Positions 56,335-64,000 of a stretch of 64,000 nucleotides of DNA are shown here, in pieces. The notes under the pieces were generated by a model. It had not been told where the DNA came from, ran no database searches, and saw nothing but the letters and a program-made list of their open reading frames with translations. Position numbers and translations under genes: made by a program. The first letter of the stretch is position 1; each line of letters begins with the position of its first letter. This stretch comes from Anaeromyxobacteraceae bacterium (GTDB taxonomy: Bacteria > Myxococcota > Myxococcia > Myxococcales > Anaeromyxobacteraceae): assembly GCA_032654565.1 (NCBI GenBank), contig JAULAX010000015.1:1120001-1184000 (forward strand), written 5' to 3'.

Positions 56335-56726
56335 AGGCCGGCCTTCCAGTAGGCCGCCCTGTCCGGCACCACCCACCTCACACCACCCCGCGGGTCCTCC
56401 ACATCCCCCACGTACCTGGGGATCACATGCACATGCGCGTGCCCCACCGTCTGCCCCGCCGCCTCGCCCACGTTGACGCCCACGTTGTAGCCCGCGGGTG
56501 AGTGCCTGGCGTCGAGCCGCTCCTTCACGGCCGGTAAGAGCACCCAGACCGCCGCCTGCTCCTCTGCCGTCAGCTCGAACAGGCTGGCGACGTGGCGGCG
56601 AGGGATGATGAGCGTGTGCCCCGGGTTCACCGGGAACCCGTCCTTGAACGCCGCGGCCAGCTCGTTCTCGGCCGTCAGGTCGGGGAGCGCCAGGCGGGCG
56701 CAGAGCGGGCAGGGGGGCTCGGTCAC
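56331..56726 (-). CDS. HIT-family nucleotide hydrolase
   Basis: CPLC, FPVNPGHTLIIPRRH, GQTVGHAHVHVIPRY; overlaps the HNH gene by 4 nt. Confidence 0.93.
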   Translation of the reverse strand: MTEPPCPLCARLALPDLTAENELAAAFKDGFPVNPGHTLIIPRRHVASLFELTAEEQAAVWVLLPAVKERLDARHSPAGYNVGVNVGEAAGQTVGHAHVHVIPRYVGDVEDPRGGVRWVVPDRAAYWKAGL

Positions 56727-57086
56727 ACGGTGAGTCTAGCCTCCCGGCCACCCCGGAAGAACTGCCTGGCAGAGCGAGAGCGGCGCGCAGGAACGGCCGG
56801 GACGCCTGACGCAATCGGTCAAGCCAGTCGCAGCGGTTGCTGAACAAATACCGTGCGATTCAAATCTGGCTGACGGTGGAGAAACAGGGCGAGCCGGTTG
56901 GCGACGCCCGGTGCAGCCGATCCGGGGCCTCGGGATCTGGCCCGGCGGGACTAGGCAATACGGCAGTACCCCATTCGGACTCAGGGACTCCAAGTCACAG
57001 TGCGGAGGGTGCGAGATCGAATGGGTAACAGCCCCAGAGTTGGTCGCGGTGGCCCATGCGTCCCACAGGGAGACGAGGAGCAATCC

Positions 57087-58178
57087 ATGCGTAGCGATCC
57101 ACGACGAGGAGCAACCCGGGCGGCCAGCTTGCTGGTCTCCGCGCTCTTGCTCATTGGTGCGACTGGTTGCAAGTGGGTGCAGCTCAGGCCGGACCCAGCG
57201 AACCCAAAGCAGGGCGACCTGGTGAGCGTCCAGATTGCCGCCGGCCAGCCCTCCGAGATCAGCACAATCAAGTACAAGATCAACGCCATCCAGGGCACCA
57301 CCACCTCCGCTCCCTTCCATGTGCCGGTCAATACCTGCAAGGCGCCCGGCAAGTACGACACCCAGCTCTCACTCTGGGGCGAGGCCACGTACAAGGACGG
57401 GACGGTCAGGACCTACAGTCAGGTCTCCGATCTCACGGAGGTGAAGCCGGAGCGCCACAACAGCACCTTCAGCTATGTCTTCTATCTTTCGAACAGCGGG
57501 GACGGCTGGATGGATGCCGGGAAGTCGGGTGCCGACGCCTTCATCAACAACTTCAGCTCGCGCACGGACTACAAGTACTTCTGGTCGGAGCCCGGGGTCT
57601 TCAGCTCAGCCTGCACCGACTGCGCCAGCAACTTCGATCTCGTGATCGCCTGGGGACACGGCAGTCCACACACCTTCTACTCCGGGAAGAGCGCCGTGGA
57701 CCTGTCCGGCACCGCGTACGGAGGCTGCGCCTTCTGCAACAGCACGGGAGACACGAAGTATCTCGCCTTCGCCTCCTGCAGCATCCTCTCGCTGGAGGAC
57801 TCCGCCTCGCAGCCGTGGTGGAACTACTGGTTCCACAACCAATCGACGAGGACCGACCGCCGTCCATTCCAGGGGCTCCACATGGTGATGGGGTTCCGGA
57901 CGCTCATGGTCATCGACACCTGGAGCTTCCTGTGGGACTCGGGAGACAACGCCGACGACTTCTTCGGTGACCTGGCGGGCAGGCTCGATGACGGTTGGTC
58001 GGTCAAGGACGCGTGGCTCTACTCGGCAAAGGACAACCTGAGCTTCGACGACGGGAACAACCGCGCCGCGGTGGCGTACCTGGGAGAGTACGGAAGCGAC
58101 ACGGTCTCTACGACCAGGAGCGACTTCATCTACGGCAACGCGAAGTACGCCAATCAATGGGTGGAGTTCTGGGAGTAG
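57087..58178 (+). CDS. lipoprotein with DUF6345-like domain
   Basis: Lipobox GATG-C; WGHGS, KYLAFASCSIL, FQGLHMVMGF; GAGGAG RBS. Confidence 0.65.
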   Translation: MRSDPRRGATRAASLLVSALLLIGATGCKWVQLRPDPANPKQGDLVSVQIAAGQPSEISTIKYKINAIQGTTTSAPFHVPVNTCKAPGKYDTQLSLWGEATYKDGTVRTYSQVSDLTEVKPERHNSTFSYVFYLSNSGDGWMDAGKSGADAFINNFSSRTDYKYFWSEPGVFSSACTDCASNFDLVIAWGHGSPHTFYSGKSAVDLSGTAYGGCAFCNSTGDTKYLAFASCSILSLEDSASQPWWNYWFHNQSTRTDRRPFQGLHMVMGFRTLMVIDTWSFLWDSGDNADDFFGDLAGRLDDGWSVKDAWLYSAKDNLSFDDGNNRAAVAYLGEYGSDTVSTTRSDFIYGNAKYANQWVEFWE

Positions 58179-58199
58179 CCACTCCCGAGGAGATTCGAC

Positions 58200-59171
58200 A
58201 TGAGACACACGCTCGTGATGCTCTCCCTGGTTGTCCTTCACCCGGTGACGGCGCTGGCGCAGGCGGCGCTGGACGCGCAGGCCCGGCAAGAGATTGCGGC
58301 CATCCTGCAGAAGCCAAGGCAGGTGTACGAGGTGGACCCGGCGAAGAACGCAGCCGTCTTCGACCGCATCGACGCGCAGTTCGCGAAGCATGTCGACTCC
58401 TCGAAGGCGACCGTGAAGGAGGGGCAGCCCGGAATCTCGAGATACAAGCGCCTGACCGAGAAGAACGAGCCCATCTTCACAGGGGAGGGTGGGGCCCAGG
58501 GGGTGACACCTCCCGGGGCGTTCTACACGAGGTACGAGAAGGGGCTGCAGCGGCGCGTCTTCAGGAAGGAGATCTCCGTCCCTGGGAGCCAGGCGCTTGA
58601 AGATCGGGCGGCCATCGCGCTCGCCGACGGATTCATCAGGAAGAACGCCCTCTGCCTCGAGTCCGAACTGGACACCATGGCGGATCCGACCGTCGCGTCG
58701 CTCAGAAGGCGGGGGCTCGACAGCGAGGCCAAGCCCGTGGCCAAGGCGACGATCCTGCAGCGGGTCGAGTTCAAGAGGAAGGTCGATGGCCTCGAGGTCA
58801 TCAACTCGAAGCAGGCTGTGGCGCTCCATCCGACGACGCGCGAGGTGCTCGGGTACGAGAGCCTCAACTGGACTCCCGTCAACGTCAGATCGGGCAAGCA
58901 GTACCCCTCCTTGAGCCTCCAGGAGGCGGTGGCGAGGATCGAGTCGTTGCTCGCCAGGTCGAGCGCCAAGTCCCGAATCACGCGGGTCAGGGCCGCGATG
59001 TTCCAGGAGGATCGGTACGTGTTCCCCGTCCTGGTCGTGAGCGTGGAGTCGCCCAAGACCGATTCGACGGAATATGCCTCCAGGGAAAACCTGGTGATCG
59101 CCCTGGCAAAGGAACTCCCGACCAAGAAGAAGACGAAGCCGATCCGGAACGAGCCAGGGAGCATCAAGTGA
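58200..59171 (+). CDS. secreted hypothetical protein
   Basis: Signal peptide (ALA-QA), GAGGAG RBS. Confidence 0.7.
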   Translation: MRHTLVMLSLVVLHPVTALAQAALDAQARQEIAAILQKPRQVYEVDPAKNAAVFDRIDAQFAKHVDSSKATVKEGQPGISRYKRLTEKNEPIFTGEGGAQGVTPPGAFYTRYEKGLQRRVFRKEISVPGSQALEDRAAIALADGFIRKNALCLESELDTMADPTVASLRRRGLDSEAKPVAKATILQRVEFKRKVDGLEVINSKQAVALHPTTREVLGYESLNWTPVNVRSGKQYPSLSLQEAVARIESLLARSSAKSRITRVRAAMFQEDRYVFPVLVVSVESPKTDSTEYASRENLVIALAKELPTKKKTKPIRNEPGSIK

Positions 59172-59309
59172 CGCCGAACGGGAGAGACTCGGCCGAGAGT
59201 CGCTGACGGCGGCTTCACTCGGGGCGCATGAGGCGTCAAGGCCTCCATGCCCCGCGCTTGACCCTCGGTCACGAACCGGCCGCTCGGCGGGGACCCCCGG
59301 AACGTAGAA

Positions 59310-59339
59310 AGCCCCGCAACCATGACTGGTTGCGGGGCT
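59310..59339 (-). terminator. intrinsic terminator of the tRNA operon
   Basis: 13-bp stem AGCCCCGCAACCA/TGGTTGCGGGGCT with 4-nt loop, followed by a short T-rich tract on the minus strand. Confidence 0.8.
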
Positions 59340-59344
59340 CGATG

Positions 59345-59421
59345 TGGCGGGGTGTGCGGGGCTCGAACCCGCGGCCTCCAGCGTGACAGGCTGGCGTTAT
59401 AACCGACTTAACTAACACCCC
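59345..59421 (-). tRNA. tRNA-Asp(GTC)
   Basis: GGGGTGT acceptor stem, anticodon loop CTGTCAC, GGTTCGAGCC T-loop, CCA end. Confidence 0.96.
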
Positions 59422-59432
59422 AGAAAGAGTAG

Positions 59433-59504
59433 TGGGCGGAGCAGGTTTCGAACCTGCGACCCGCGCCTTGTAAAGGCGCCGCTCTACCCCTGAGCTATCC
59501 GCCC
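59433..59504 (-). tRNA. tRNA-Val(TAC), no encoded CCA
   Basis: GGGCGGA acceptor stem, anticodon loop TTTACAA, GGTTCGAAACC T-loop. Confidence 0.95.
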
Positions 59505-59522
59505 AGAGCGAAAGCGGGACGG

Positions 59523-59552
59523 TATCTAGCCCGCAGGGTACCCCCCTGTCAA
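59523..59552 (-). promoter_or_regulatory. sigma70-type promoter of the tRNA operon (TTGACA...TAGATA)
   Basis: Perfect -35 hexamer, 18-nt spacer. Confidence 0.6.
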
Positions 59553-59640
59553 CGTCAGAGGACAGACAGGAACCCCCCAAGGTCACAGCCCTTCTCGCTT
59601 CCTTGTCGGATCACGCCGCAGGTGGTACCAACCGGCCAAA

Positions 59641-62343
59641 ATGGCATTCAAGCAAGGCCAGAAGATCATCCACCGCGCCCAGCGCGCCTGGGGCGTCGGC
59701 GTGGTCATCGAGGTGGCCGACGACGGCCGCCGCGTCGCCGTCCGCTTCGCCGGCCGCGACGGCGTCACCGTGGTCTCCGGCCGCGACCCGGCCCTGCTGG
59801 CCGTCCCCGACGACACCCCCATCGACGCCGACGCCGGCGGCCCGCTCGACGCCCTCGCCGCCGGCCAGCCCGGCCCCGCCTCCGCCTGGGCCCTCCGCTC
59901 CCGCGCCCTCCGGCTCGACGCCCTGCGCCGCGCCGACGGCCTCGGCGCCCTCCTCTCCAGCCGCGTCCACGTCCTCCCCCACCAGGTCGGCGCCGCCGGC
60001 CGCATCCTCGCCGACCGCCTCCCCCGCTTCGTCCTCGCCGACGAGGTCGGCCTCGGCAAGACCGTCGAGGCCGGCCTGGTCTTCGCCGGCCTGCGCCAGC
60101 TCGGGCTCGCCGAGCGCGTCCTCATCGTGGTCCCCGAGCACCTGGCCTTCCAGTGGCTCGCCGAGCTCTTCCACAAGTTCAACGCCCTCTTCACCCTCCT
60201 CACCGCCGAGCGCGTCGCCGAGCTGGGCGGCGCCGAGGCCGCGCTGGCCCGCTCGCCGCTGGCCATCGTCTCCTTCGAGGCCCTGCTCGCCGACGAGGAG
60301 CTGCCCCGCGCCGCCGCCGCCACCGCCCTCGATCTGGTCATCGTCGACGAGGCCCACCACCTGTCCGACGACGAGCTCCACGCCCGGGTGGCCCCGCTCT
60401 GCCGCCGCTCCTACGGCGCCCTGCTCCTCACCGCCACGCCGGTCCGGCTCGACCCCCGCGAGTACTTCCGCCTGCTCTCGCTCGTCGAGCCCATCCCCAG
60501 CACCGACGAGGCCGGCTTCCTGGAGCGGCTCGAGCAGCACGAGGCCTACGCCACCATCGCCCGCGAGCTGCTCGGCGGCGCCACCGTCAAGGCCTCGCTC
60601 AAGGCGCTGCGCAAGCTCGCCCCCGACGACGTCACCTTCGAGCACGACGACCAGACCCGCGACGACCTGCTGGCCCACCTGGCCGACCACTACTCCCTCT
60701 CCGCCCGGCTCATCCGCAACCGCCGCGTCAAGGTCGGCGCCTTCACCGCCCGCGAGCTGCGCCGCTTCGACGTCCCCGCCGGCGGCCGCATGAAGGCGCT
60801 GGTGGACCTCTGCGCCGGGCTCGCCAAGGCCGGCGAGAAGGTGCTGGTCTTCGGCTCCGACGCCGACCACCTCGCCGAGCTGCAGGCCCGCATCGCCGGC
60901 GCCGGCTACGAGTCGCTCAGCTACGACGGCGCCCGCACGCTCGAGGCCCGCGACCGGCTGGTGGCCCGCTTCCGCGATCCCGAAGGGCCGCGCCTGCTCC
61001 TCTCCGGCGAGGCCGGGGGCGAGGGGCGCAACTTCCAGTTCGCCGCCCACCTGGTCTGCGCCGACCTCCCCGAGTCGCCGCTGGTGCTCGAGCAGCGCAT
61101 CGGCCGGCTCGACCGGCTCGGCCAGGCGAGACCGGTGCAGATCCACCTGGTGGTGGAGCCGGGCGAGGAGCAGTTCCTGGCCGACCTCTACCAGCACGAG
61201 ATCGGCATCTTCGAGGAGCCGGTGGGCGGCCTCGACGCCCTGCTGGCCTCGCTCCCCGCCGAGCTGGCCGCCCTGCGCAAGAAGAAGGGGGCCAAGGCCC
61301 GCGCCGACTTCCGCGCCAGGCTGGCCGCCCGCGTCGCCGACGCCCGCCGCGTCCAGCACGAGGGCGACCCGCTCCTCGACATCCGCTCCGCCTCGCTCCC
61401 CGAGCTGGCGGCGCTGGTGGGCAACGCCTTCGCCCGGCTCGACGAGGAGCCGCCCGCCGGCATCACCGCCCTGGGCGGCATCCCCACCGAGGCCGGCATG
61501 GAGGCGCTGCGCGAGGCGCTGGTGACCCTCTCCCGCTGGCTGGAGGAGGAGCTGGAGGACCTCGGCACCGACCTCGGCCGCCGCATCGGCCTCGACGTCG
61601 ACACCGACCAGAATGTCTCGCCCTTCGAGGTGGCCTTCACCATCGGCTCCGGCCTGCGCGTCGAGGCCCTGCCTGGCATGGCCGTGCCCGACGAGCCGGA
61701 GACGCTGCTCGGCTCCTTCTGGCGCGAGACCGCGGTGCAGCGCGACGAGCTGGAGTGGTTCGCCACCGGCCACCGGCTGGTCGAGGCGCTGATGGGCATC
61801 GCCCGCGACGGCGACGCCGGCCGGGCCGCGGTCATCCGCCGCCCCTGGGCGCCGCGCCGCGGCGGCCTCTGCCTCCGCTTCACGCTGCAGTGGGCCACCG
61901 GCGCCGACACCACCCCCGGCGCCCGGGTCGGCTCCCGCCAGGCCTCGCGCTACCTCCCCGGCGGCCCCATCAGCGTCATGGTCGACCTCGAGGCCCACCG
62001 CACCATCACCGGCGGCGGCGAGCGACTGGAGTCGGAGGCCGACGACGCCGAGGACGTGCGCGTCGGCAACGTGCCGCCGGCCCTGCTGGACCGGGCCCGC
62101 AACGCCGCCCTCATCGAGGCCGAGGCCCGCTTCCTGAAGCGCAAGGAGAAGGCACTGGCCCGGCTCGACGCCCACGCCGCGGGCGAGGAGCAGCGGCTGG
62201 TGGAGTCGGCCTTCGCCGGCGGGGCGCCCCGCAAGCTGGTCGAGGCGGCGCTGGGGGCGGTCCGCCAGCACCGCAAGGTGACCGCCGGCGCCATCGAGCG
62301 GGTCACCCTGGTGCTCGACGCCGCGGCGTTGGTGGTGCCATAG
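59641..62343 (+). CDS. rapA: RapA/HepA-like SNF2 helicase
   Basis: WGVGVV N-terminus, LPHQ, LADEVGLGKTVEAG, VDEAHHL, LLTATP, GGEGRNFQFA, LEQRIGRLDRLGQ. Confidence 0.82.
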   Translation: MAFKQGQKIIHRAQRAWGVGVVIEVADDGRRVAVRFAGRDGVTVVSGRDPALLAVPDDTPIDADAGGPLDALAAGQPGPASAWALRSRALRLDALRRADGLGALLSSRVHVLPHQVGAAGRILADRLPRFVLADEVGLGKTVEAGLVFAGLRQLGLAERVLIVVPEHLAFQWLAELFHKFNALFTLLTAERVAELGGAEAALARSPLAIVSFEALLADEELPRAAAATALDLVIVDEAHHLSDDELHARVAPLCRRSYGALLLTATPVRLDPREYFRLLSLVEPIPSTDEAGFLERLEQHEAYATIARELLGGATVKASLKALRKLAPDDVTFEHDDQTRDDLLAHLADHYSLSARLIRNRRVKVGAFTARELRRFDVPAGGRMKALVDLCAGLAKAGEKVLVFGSDADHLAELQARIAGAGYESLSYDGARTLEARDRLVARFRDPEGPRLLLSGEAGGEGRNFQFAAHLVCADLPESPLVLEQRIGRLDRLGQARPVQIHLVVEPGEEQFLADLYQHEIGIFEEPVGGLDALLASLPAELAALRKKKGAKARADFRARLAARVADARRVQHEGDPLLDIRSASLPELAALVGNAFARLDEEPPAGITALGGIPTEAGMEALREALVTLSRWLEEELEDLGTDLGRRIGLDVDTDQNVSPFEVAFTIGSGLRVEALPGMAVPDEPETLLGSFWRETAVQRDELEWFATGHRLVEALMGIARDGDAGRAAVIRRPWAPRRGGLCLRFTLQWATGADTTPGARVGSRQASRYLPGGPISVMVDLEAHRTITGGGERLESEADDAEDVRVGNVPPALLDRARNAALIEAEARFLKRKEKALARLDAHAAGEEQRLVESAFAGGAPRKLVEAALGAVRQHRKVTAGAIERVTLVLDAAALVVP

Positions 62344-62429
62344 GGTCGCGGGTGGCGGCCCCGGCGGGGCCGGGGCGGCGCCTGTCTAGGCGCTTGACAG
62401 GCGACCAGCGGCTAGGCAAACTGGGGCTC

Positions 62430-62636
62430 ATGAACGCGCGGCGGGTCATCCGGCGCATCGTGGATCTCGGGGGCGAGGTGGTCCGCCAGAAGGGCTCCCA
62501 TGTCCGCGTCCGCGCCGGAGTCTGCTTCGCGACGGTCCCGGATCACGGCGCCCGCGACATTCCGGCCGGGACGCTCCGCTCCATCGAGCGACAGCTGGCG
62601 CCGTGCCTGGGTGAAGGCTGGCTACGGGAAAGGTAG
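62430..62636 (+). CDS. hicA: HicA toxin
   Basis: VRQKGSH, TVPDHG.RDIPAGTLRSI; upstream TTGACA-N17-CAAACT. Confidence 0.9.
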   Translation: MNARRVIRRIVDLGGEVVRQKGSHVRVRAGVCFATVPDHGARDIPAGTLRSIERQLAPCLGEGWLRER

Positions 62637-62644
62637 GAGACGTC

Positions 62645-63037
62645 ATGGCCAAGTACGTGGTGACTTACGAGCGGGACGAGGGCGGCTGGTGGATCGCCGA
62701 GGTGCAGGGCGTCGCCGGCGTGAACAGCGACGGTCGATCCGTGGCCGACGCCCGGCGCCGGGTGCGTGAGGCCCTCTCCCTCGCCATCGGCGATGCGGCC
62801 GCCGAGCGGGCCGAGTTCGTCGATGACATCAAGCTCCCGGCCGACGTTCGCCGGGTCGTCAAGCAGGCCACCGCGGCCAGGGCTCGCCTCGATGACGTCC
62901 AGTCCAAGGCGGTCGCCGCCACGGCCGCCGCCGCCAGCGTGCTGACCCGGAAGTTCGGGCTCTCGGTGCGCGACGCCGCCGAGATGCTCGGCGTCTCCCA
63001 CCAGCGCATCCAGCAGCTGTCTGGCGCCAAGCGGTAG
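62645..63037 (+). CDS. hicB: HicB-family antitoxin with C-terminal HTH
   Basis: YERDEGGWWIAEV.GV..SDGRSVADARRRVREAL; LSVRDAAEMLGVSHQRIQQL. Confidence 0.88.
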   Translation: MAKYVVTYERDEGGWWIAEVQGVAGVNSDGRSVADARRRVREALSLAIGDAAAERAEFVDDIKLPADVRRVVKQATAARARLDDVQSKAVAATAAAASVLTRKFGLSVRDAAEMLGVSHQRIQQLSGAKR

Positions 63038-63044
63038 TCCGCCC

Positions 63045-64000
63045 ATGGACCTCGTCCCGCTCCTCCAGGCCCTCATCCGCATCGACTCCACCTCGAGCCG
63101 CCCCAACGGCCCGGTGCTCGACCTGCTCGAGGGCGAGCTGAGGCCGCTCGGCTTCATCACCCGCCGCCACCGCTGGACCGACGCCGACGGCGTCGAGAAG
63201 CAGAACCTGGCCTGCCGGCGCGGCCCCGACCTGCCCGGCGGCCTGGCCCTCATCGGCCACACCGACTGCGTCCCCTTCGACCCCGCCTGGGCCGAGGCCC
63301 TCACCGCCCCGGTCCGCGACGGCCACGTCCACGGCCGCGGCGCCGCCGACACCAAGGGCTTCCTGGCCGCCGCCGTCACCGCCGCCCGCCGCACCACCGC
63401 CGGGGCCCACCCGCTCACGCTCCTCTTCACCGCCGACGAGGAGGTCGGCTGCCTCGGCGCCAAGCAGGCCCTGGCCGAAGGTCGCCTCCACCCCCGCCAC
63501 GCCATCATCGGCGAGCCCACTTCCTTGGTGCCGGTCCGCGCCCACAAGGGCTACTGCGCCGTCGAGGTGGAGCTGACCGGGGTGGAGGGGCACAGCGCCT
63601 ACCCGGAGGTGGGGGCCTCGGCCATCCACGCCGTCGGCCGGCTCTTCGTCGAGCTGGAGCGGATCGGCGGCGAGCTGAAGCAGGTCACCGACGGCGCCTT
63701 CGACCCGCCCTTCACCACCTGGAACGTCGGCGTCATCGCCGGCGGCAAGGCCCGCAACATCATCGCCGGCACCTGCACCTTCAGCTACGAGTGGCGGCCG
63801 CTCCCCGGCCAGGAGCCGCGCCAGGCGCTGCGGCTGCTGGAGGCGGCCTGCGACCGGCTGGTGGCCGGCAGCGGCGGGCGCCTCACGGTGGCCATCTCGC
63901 CGCTCCGCACCGACCCGGCCGCCGTCACCTCGCCCGACGCCGAGATCGTCCGCTACCTCGAGCAGGCCAGCGGCCACGCCAGCATCACCGTCCCCTTCGG
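63045..64000 (+). CDS. argE: acetylornithine deacetylase (M20), runs off the window
   Basis: GHTDCVP, GRGAADTKG, TADEEVGC.G, IIGEPT, AHKG, GHSAYP. Confidence 0.88.
   Translation, partial: MDLVPLLQALIRIDSTSSRPNGPVLDLLEGELRPLGFITRRHRWTDADGVEKQNLACRRGPDLPGGLALIGHTDCVPFDPAWAEALTAPVRDGHVHGRGAADTKGFLAAAVTAARRTTAGAHPLTLLFTADEEVGCLGAKQALAEGRLHPRHAIIGEPTSLVPVRAHKGYCAVEVELTGVEGHSAYPEVGASAIHAVGRLFVELERIGGELKQVTDGAFDPPFTTWNVGVIAGGKARNIIAGTCTFSYEWRPLPGQEPRQALRLLEAACDRLVAGSGGRLTVAISPLRTDPAAVTSPDAEIVRYLEQASGHASITVPF

Noticed and set aside
59641..62343. Third SNF2 gene as part of the island helicase set
   Set aside because: RapA-type motifs, host-like codon usage and position beyond the tRNAs indicate core genome
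1..64000. CRISPR array or cas operon (prompted by WYL genes and the Cas4-like DUF2779)
   Set aside because: No regularly spaced repeat-spacer array and no cas1/cas2/cas3 motifs seen

Overview
GC-rich window with myxobacterial-style (Anaeromyxobacter-like) gene content; the taxonomy is inferred, not shown. Housekeeping-type flanks (1-8930: hydrolase, LplA-like, GST, AKR, DNA pol II, tesB; 59345-64000: tRNA-Asp, tRNA-Val, RapA-like helicase, HicAB, argE) enclose a ~50 kb accessory defence/DNA-stress island (~9000-59300) that ends at the 3' end of tRNA-Asp; I saw no integrase or att duplication. The island carries toxin-antitoxin modules (VapBC, HipBST-like, NTase pair, Fic, AbiE), three WYL regulators (a PafB/PafC-like pair and a solo WYL), two SNF2 helicases with SWIM domains, and Schlafen/AlbA, DUF2779, HNH, PLD, DUF3427, HIT, ArdC-like, VIT-vWA/ECF and AAA/DnaB-like genes. 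The main hidden signal is a recurring non-canonical promoter, TGTCCGT-N8/9-TAnnnT: 9 heptamer copies (8 with TAnnnT, one with GAGACT) plus about 6 variants. Nearly all lie between genes and each points into an island gene. It closely resembles the mycobacterial PafBC sigma-adaptation (RecA-NDp) promoter, which suggests an island-wide regulon activated by WYL proteins. The second signal is four short diverged scars of the island's own genes and promoters scattered between other genes. All domain calls come from visible motifs; no searches were run.
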